Shown piece by piece: positions 57,927 through 64,000 of a stretch of DNA of 64,000 nucleotides; the stretch's first letter is position 1, and the number at the start of each line of letters is the position of its first letter. Made by a program: the position numbers and the translations under genes. Source of the stretch: Podospora anserina (Eukaryota); NCBI GenBank assembly GCA_017654855.1, contig CM030335.1, positions 3,658,001-3,722,000 of the forward strand, in the 5' to 3' direction. The notes beneath the pieces are model-generated. The model searched no databases and had not been told where the DNA came from. It saw only the letters and a program-made list of their open reading frames with translations.

Positions 57927-60900
57927 GTTGAGAAATATAATTATGTACTCCAGGCTCAGATGAGAGCTTCTGACGGGAGAAGAAGAGATCTACACGGAGA
58001 AGGGTCACCCCAAAAAGATGGAAGACTGACATCGAGGGTCCATGTTTGGTGATCGGCTCGGCTGATTCGAGCAATATATGCGGTCTTCATGTTACCCTGG
58101 ACATGCATCTTCCATGCCGGATTCGTCACACCCTCCCCGAGTTTCCTCGAAGCTGGAGATGGGCCATGGCTAACGGCTGGGAGGCAATAACGATGCATAG
58201 TATTGATCTCCGATTGGAAGGAAACAAGCCGGATGGAGAACGAGGGGGTCTGCGGAGCACACTGAATGGACAAAAGCGAGATGTGGCGTCTTGGTTGTGT
58301 TGCGCGAGGGCTTGCAGCTGAAAAGTTGGCAGAGCCTCGTCAGCCAGTGTCTGCATTGTTGACCGATCCTCGCGGAGGCCAGACCCAAGGACGACTGCGC
58401 CTCTCGATGCACTGCATCTCTGGCATGAGTGCAGAATTGAGCAGGAGTTGCGCGATGGTTTAACCGAGGGTAAAGAGCCCGAATACGTGATACTCAGTAA
58501 ACCTCTTTCGCATAGAAGGGTGCTCTGTCGTTGACGATGCCCAGGAGAGAGAACCATGTTTGGCATCTTAACCCCGCAGGGGCTGAATAGGTACCCCAGT
58601 TGTTTGCCAAGAGCAAAGAGGGGATGAGTGGATCAACGGGAGAAAGGTAGTCCACATATTTACCATTTTGAACCCCAACTCCCCCGCTAGCAGAATAGCT
58701 CAAAACTTAGCTCCGGTAGAAAGTTCCAGCGACGAGCTTGTTTCAACCTCGTCTCCGCCGTCGCTACCGGACACTGGCACCAGCACAGTGGATGTTGCCG
58801 CAACGCTTTCATCAGCCACCCGAATCATCACAAGTTCCCCAGGCCGTTGATGTTCGGAGTACCGATGATCAACACATACCGAACTACAGAATATTAGTCT
58901 ACTTCAGCACGAATTCCCAGACAGTAGGCCGTGCCGATTCATATCCGCCTGCGCCTTTGTAAATGGCCGTGACAGCGGCCCCGTGTGTTATGGACTTAGC
59001 GAAGTGGTTTATAATCATCAAGTCCCATGAATACTACGACTTGGGATGAAGCTTTCTCTTGAATATGCAAATCCACTCTGGTATTTATCCCAAGCCCATA
59101 TTCTCACAGACGCAACTGGTGGGGATAAAGAGCAATCTCGAGACCGGCTGGAAGACAATGCCCCAACAAGTGCAATGGTGAAGGACAATTCCATTACAAT
59201 TAACACACTATGCAACAAGCGTCTCATTTTAGGGACAGCTAGGGACTTGCAACCAGGTTCCGGGTTCTCAAAGCTCCGAATTAAATTCAAGCCAAATCCC
59301 GTCTGATGCAAGCGCGTCCTCGGCCAAAGCCGTCAGCGGACCCCCTGGCGCTATGGGTAGCACGTGTGGGAAGTGGCGAACTTTCTCCTTGCTGTCTATT
59401 TACTCCATAGTCCAGCACAGCTCATAGGAGTTGTCTTCCAAGTTCGAGAATATGGAACTTGAAGACCGGACCGTCGTGAAACATTGCGACCCATACCATC
59501 ATCTTGAGACTTCTGTGCAAGCAGCTCCTGAGTCTATGACATGAGCAACACGATGCATATCTTTATAGATCTGGTGAGTTTTCTCATAATGCATGGTTTG
59601 TTTTGTTACCTACACTGAGACAGCTAACAGGCCATTTACAAGTCTGGGAATGGCAGTCCAGCAGCAAGTTCTTCCGCTTTGACACCAAAAGCCGAGGACA
59701 CCCATTTGTCATCTACAACCCGTGCCGAAAATCCTGGCTTCCGACCTTCGAGGCATGTGCGCTGGCGTAGATCTCACCCTCGCTATTGGCAACGACGCAA
59801 TGCGGTCGCTGGACTCGAACACATGCTCTCCTACACAGGCAATGCATATGGTGGAAGTCCGGAGCGGTTGAAGGGACAGGCGGATGTCGAGCAATCACCT
59901 CCCAATGACGCCGGGGTTGGAACGGAGACCCAAACCAATGAACCCCTGTCATTACAGACGGTCGACTCCCAAGACACACGTCCTGCTGTGTCCATGGGCA
60001 AAAGCAACCCATGTTCTTTCCCTGCCTTGGTATTGCGACCAATCTCAAAAAGAACAAGATCAGTCCGCCTTGACGATATCCTTCGTCGAAGATCCAGTCG
60101 CTCACTGCCCTGCCCTCATGGAGTCAGCAGTGGTCGGACCACAAGGATCATTTGATCTAGGGCCCTGCCAGGAGGAGGAGCCAAGCCAACCACCCCTCTG
60201 AGTGCACCGTGTCTCTGGATATTTGCCTTTCGTGAACGGAGACCTGTGTAGCCGTTGTCGTGGTGACGGAGGATTTGGTCACGTCAAGGGCTAGATGGAG
60301 AGCAGTTTCGGCAGTTGCGGTTCAATTACAAATCCTGGATTATCAAGGTCATCTGTTTGTTGTATTGTTGGGGGTATGTTGTACCGAATTTGTGTACTGT
60401 GATTTTTGTTATCGTTTGGGTGTTGTTTCATGTCCTCGATCCCTTTGGAACCCCTGATTATCGTCGTGACGGTTAAGGGCCTACGGCTGGGTACAGGCGT
60501 AGGCCACAGGTAAAATATTGAATTGTCGGATAAAGAAGAAAAGAAAAGGAAGGTAAAAGAGGTACAATGCCCACGACGTCCCCTTATACCTCTCAAACCC
60601 TCCAGACTCCCTGCCAAATGTATGGAATTTCCACCAGAATTGTCCGAATATCCTACGTCAAGTGCAAACCTCACACGTCAACCGTCCCCACATCAAAATA
60701 ACCCTACCCCGGATATAATCCCATAACAGTGGCAACATGAACGGTGTAAAAACAACAACTCACGAAGTAACTCACCTTGACATAAGAGCGTCACATGACT
60801 TTGATGGATGGCAATACCGAAAATCTGAGGTTCATATGATCTCAATAGGAAAACATCCTTGGAGGTTTTCTTAAGTCCGTGAGGCTCGCAGAGGGATTTT

Positions 60901-61598
60901 ATTTTGGCGAGGGTCAAAGTCCGTCCCTGGCAAACTCGAAGTCACGCCAACAAGGGAGCTCAGTTGCAACTATTCGTAGGTAGTGAACATCTCTTTGTTT
61001 CAGCGGCCGCAGCATCTTCATCTGCATGTTGGGCTCTAGCGGTTGTTAAAGAAAGAAACACCATCGCAACAGATCTCGAGCTTGTGATGCAGCACAGCCT
61101 CTTCTTATCCTCCAAGACGCAGGCACCAGCAAATCGCAAGAGCAGCGGGACTGCAGATCACGACAGCGCAGCACTAACCGTTAGGATCTCAGCCCCTGCA
61201 AAGATCACTAGGCATGGCCCGATTCAGGAAGGTTTCTTGCCTATAGCGTCCCGATAGAGCGGCGCAGCAGCATGCTCCCCTGTCCGCCAATTTCACCACG
61301 AGACTGCTTTGGGCAAAGAGCTCTCGTTTTCTGTGGAGAATCAGCGGGAAAGGGTTGCAGCGCAGCAATTCACGCCGCAGGCCTTCATTAGCTCCACCAC
61401 GCTCGCCAATATCTTACAGTACACATGTCGAACGGCGATTCACCCACGATGTTGGGTTGGTGGCTTTTCTTTTGTTCTTAACTTCCGTCTTGCATCTTTC
61501 GTCTTTTGGCACATTCGTTTGTTGATTGTTGCCCCTTGGACGAGACACCAAGCAGTGCTTCAAGTCTTCAAGGTCAGTAACGAGCGATTGGGGACCCA

Positions 61599-62783
61599 TT
61601 GGAACACCACACAAAGATGGAGAAAAACAACACACCACAAACCGGCCACGACGGGCTCATCCACATCCCCAACCACCCACCAAACGCCGCCGAGCGAAAC
61701 TCGACAACCTACCCTGAAGTCATCTATGTTCCACAGTCCCAATCCTCCATCCTCTCCGGCCGTTTGTCACCATCACAACAGCAAGAAAACGAGAGCAACC
61801 TCCCCGAGGTCACCACCGAGCAGCCGCCGCTTCACCTCGAAAAGACCTACCCCGAGGTAGCCACACACGAACACCAACACCACCGCCCCCCACAGCAGTC
61901 GAGATCCCCACCGCCATCTACAGTCCAGTATTTCCAAGCACATCAGCAACAAAGCCCAAGTCCGGTCCCAACTCCAGCACCCACGCACACGACATACACC
62001 GCCGGGCAAGGGACGATAATACCCGAGCCGAGACCATCAGGCGTTCACTCGCTAGGAGACGCGTGGAGCATCAACAGCGCGGAGGATGTAGAGCGGGATC
62101 CACAAATAGGATACATTCCCGGTGCTGGCGGCGGCGGCGGCGGTGGGAGCGGGCCGAGGAACGGACACAGCCGGAACCTGTCGGATCCGGACAGGTCATT
62201 CTCCCGTGCGCGCAGCAGGAGTTTTGGGAAGAAGCCTCTGGTGAGGAGGTCGATATTCTGGGTGCTGGTGCTGCTTGTGGCTATTATCATTGCTTTGGCG
62301 GGTGTGCTGGGGGCGGTGGCAACGGGGAAGATAAAAACCTCTGGCACGGCAGAGAGGTATGTTGCTTTCTTCTGCAAGAGCTGCTCATTGGTGCTAACAT
62401 ATGTCAATAGCGACCCAGTGGTTCATCCTGATGATGGAGGGGGTTTCACACTGTCGACGGCCACCACCGCGTCGGGGAAGACAGTTTCGCTTTCTTGCCC
62501 TTCGGCGGATGGACTTGATTACACGGTTACCGTTGATAACCAACAAAAGGTGTTTAGACGGCAGTGCGGGGCTAACTATGCTGGCGGTGATGGCGTGTTG
62601 GGTTTGGTAAAGGGCGATGTGCTGAGTTTGGCGGATTGCTTGGATCGTTGCGCTAAGGAGGAGAAGTGTGCTGGTGCTGTGTTCATTCCGATGGCCAATC
62701 CGGATCCCCAGTGTTGGTTGAAGGAGTTTTTGGGTGTCAAGAGAGATGGCCAGGATATGGAGAGTGGAGTTCTGTGGCAGTAA
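61599..62783 (+). CDS. Type II membrane protein with disordered N-terminus and C-terminal PAN/Apple-like domain
   Basis: TM 'IFWVLVLLVAIIIALAGVLGAV' after a basic patch; 'CPSADG', 'FRRQCGANY', 'CLDRCAKEEKCAGAVF', 'QCWLK'; probable intron 62357-62410. The start may be ATG 61617, since the ORF begins with TTG. Confidence 0.8.
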   Translation: MEHHTKMEKNNTPQTGHDGLIHIPNHPPNAAERNSTTYPEVIYVPQSQSSILSGRLSPSQQQENESNLPEVTTEQPPLHLEKTYPEVATHEHQHHRPPQQSRSPPPSTVQYFQAHQQQSPSPVPTPAPTHTTYTAGQGTIIPEPRPSGVHSLGDAWSINSAEDVERDPQIGYIPGAGGGGGGGSGPRNGHSRNLSDPDRSFSRARSRSFGKKPLVRRSIFWVLVLLVAIIIALAGVLGAVATGKIKTSGTAERYVAFFCKSCSLVLTYVNSDPVVHPDDGGGFTLSTATTASGKTVSLSCPSADGLDYTVTVDNQQKVFRRQCGANYAGGDGVLGLVKGDVLSLADCLDRCAKEEKCAGAVFIPMANPDPQCWLKEFLGVKRDGQDMESGVLWQ

Positions 62784-63220
62784 GGTCTTGACCTTTCTGG
62801 ATTGTTATAGTGGGAAGAGTGGGAGACCAAATAAAAGGAGCTTATTGCATACCCCAGGGGTCATTAGAGATACGTATTTTTGGTGGTTATGGAGTATAGT
62901 GAAAGGGGACCGGGAAGAGCGTTTGGATTGAAATAATTGGGTATGGTGGGAGGACGATCTGTGAATATTGTATTTACCATGTATATATAACCAATCTACT
63001 GCTTTTAAACTGCAGATTAAAGCTCCCATCTGGGTTTCTCAAGTCTATTGGGAACGATAGATTCCGGTACCAACGGCTGGACTTCGTCTTGGCATGCAGG
63101 CACAGCCTGGCTGCCTTGGGCCACACACCATCTACGTCCATTACCTACCCCCCGAGAGAGCAGCCCAACTTCTCACTTGACAACGTCGAATATAGAAACT
63201 TCAATCGAAAGACCCGAGCG

Positions 63221-64000
63221 ATGGAGCCCGCCACTGCCGTTGGCCTCGTGGCGTCCATCATCCAGCTCATTGACATAACAATCAAGGTCAAAAACTACCT
63301 CAAAGATGTCAAAAACGCGGATGCCGAGCGGGCCAACTTTTCCAAGCATGCCTCCGCCATGGTCGCCATGTTCACAGACCCAAAATGTTTGATGGAGGAG
63401 GTGGAGCAAACAGACCCATGGTTCAGCGCGCTCAAGGGACTGGACGTGAAGGGTGGCGTTTTCAATCTTTTGAGAGAGGAAATGGAAGAGCTCGCGTTGA
63501 GGTTGGAAGTGGAAAGGGAGGGAGGATTGAAGGGAAAGCTGACCTGGAAATTAAACAAGAAAGAGATGGATGGCTTGATGAACCGGATCGAAAGGTGTAA
63601 AGGTGTTGTCTCGGTAGCACTTTTGGGCGATCACTCGTGAGTACAGGGCTTTACCAACATTGGCCCATTCCGCGTTGTCATTCATTGCTGATCTGAATCA
63701 TGCATAGGAAGCTCCTGTTGGCCATCAGCACGGATTTGGTCTGTGTAAAAGAAGGTGTAGATGGCATCAAAGAGCGCATGAACAACCTCAAGGTGGACAT
63801 GACCAATGTGAAGGATAGAGTAAAGGGCCTGACAGATAGTGCTGCAAGCCAACGATCAGGTAAGCTCTCATCCGGCGTCTTTGTTTTGTTGCTGAGTATT
63901 ACAGAGTGCCATTGTTCTAACTACCTTTTATTTCCAAACACTACAAGACGAACAAATGCAAAAGATATGCGATTGGCTCTCCCCACTCGATTTGCATCCA
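63221..64000 (+). CDS. N-terminus of a fungal NACHT/STAND (NLR-like) protein with a SesA/HeLo-like helical domain, 3'-partial
   Basis: 'MEPATAVGLVASIIQLID...YLKDVKNA', 'KLTWKLNKKEM...IERCK'; introns ~63637-63707 and ~63859-63947; then 'ICDWLSPLD', the segment that typically precedes the NTPase domain. The NTPase itself is outside the window. Confidence 0.75.

Noticed and set aside
1..64000. Intact transposon, Starship captain or Spok-type meiotic driver
   Set aside because: No transposase, reverse transcriptase, tyrosine recombinase or Spok-like ORF recognised, and no terminal repeats found by eye.

Overview
Eukaryotic, intron-containing DNA from a filamentous ascomycete. Short GT-AG introns with CTAAC/CTGAC branch sites, HET and NACHT-type genes and the CAZyme content fit Sordariales, possibly Podospora (inference, not verified). 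I find 21 apparently intact genes, two of them cut by the window edges: an IDO/PrnB-like heme enzyme, GH55 glucanase, DUF3716 protein, secreted SnoaL-like protein, arylamine N-acetyltransferase, AA12-type PQQ dehydrogenase, Psg1-like membrane protein, secreted EEP nuclease, Gfo/Idh/MocA oxidoreductase, AA11 LPMO with a 12-aa tandem repeat, MDR reductase, Ctr copper transporter, GPI16, LUC7, nucleoside deoxyribosyltransferase-like protein, CysRS, aspartic protease, PAN-domain membrane protein, the start of a NACHT-type NLR, and two low-complexity hypotheticals, plus one beta-rich hypothetical. Six disrupted accessory genes are interleaved: two F-box-like, a membrane protein and alpha/beta-hydrolase divergent pair, a HET-domain gene and a zinc-finger-repeat/cupin gene. 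No rRNA, tRNA, CRISPR or intact transposon was recognised. All family calls come from motif recognition by eye; no searches were run.
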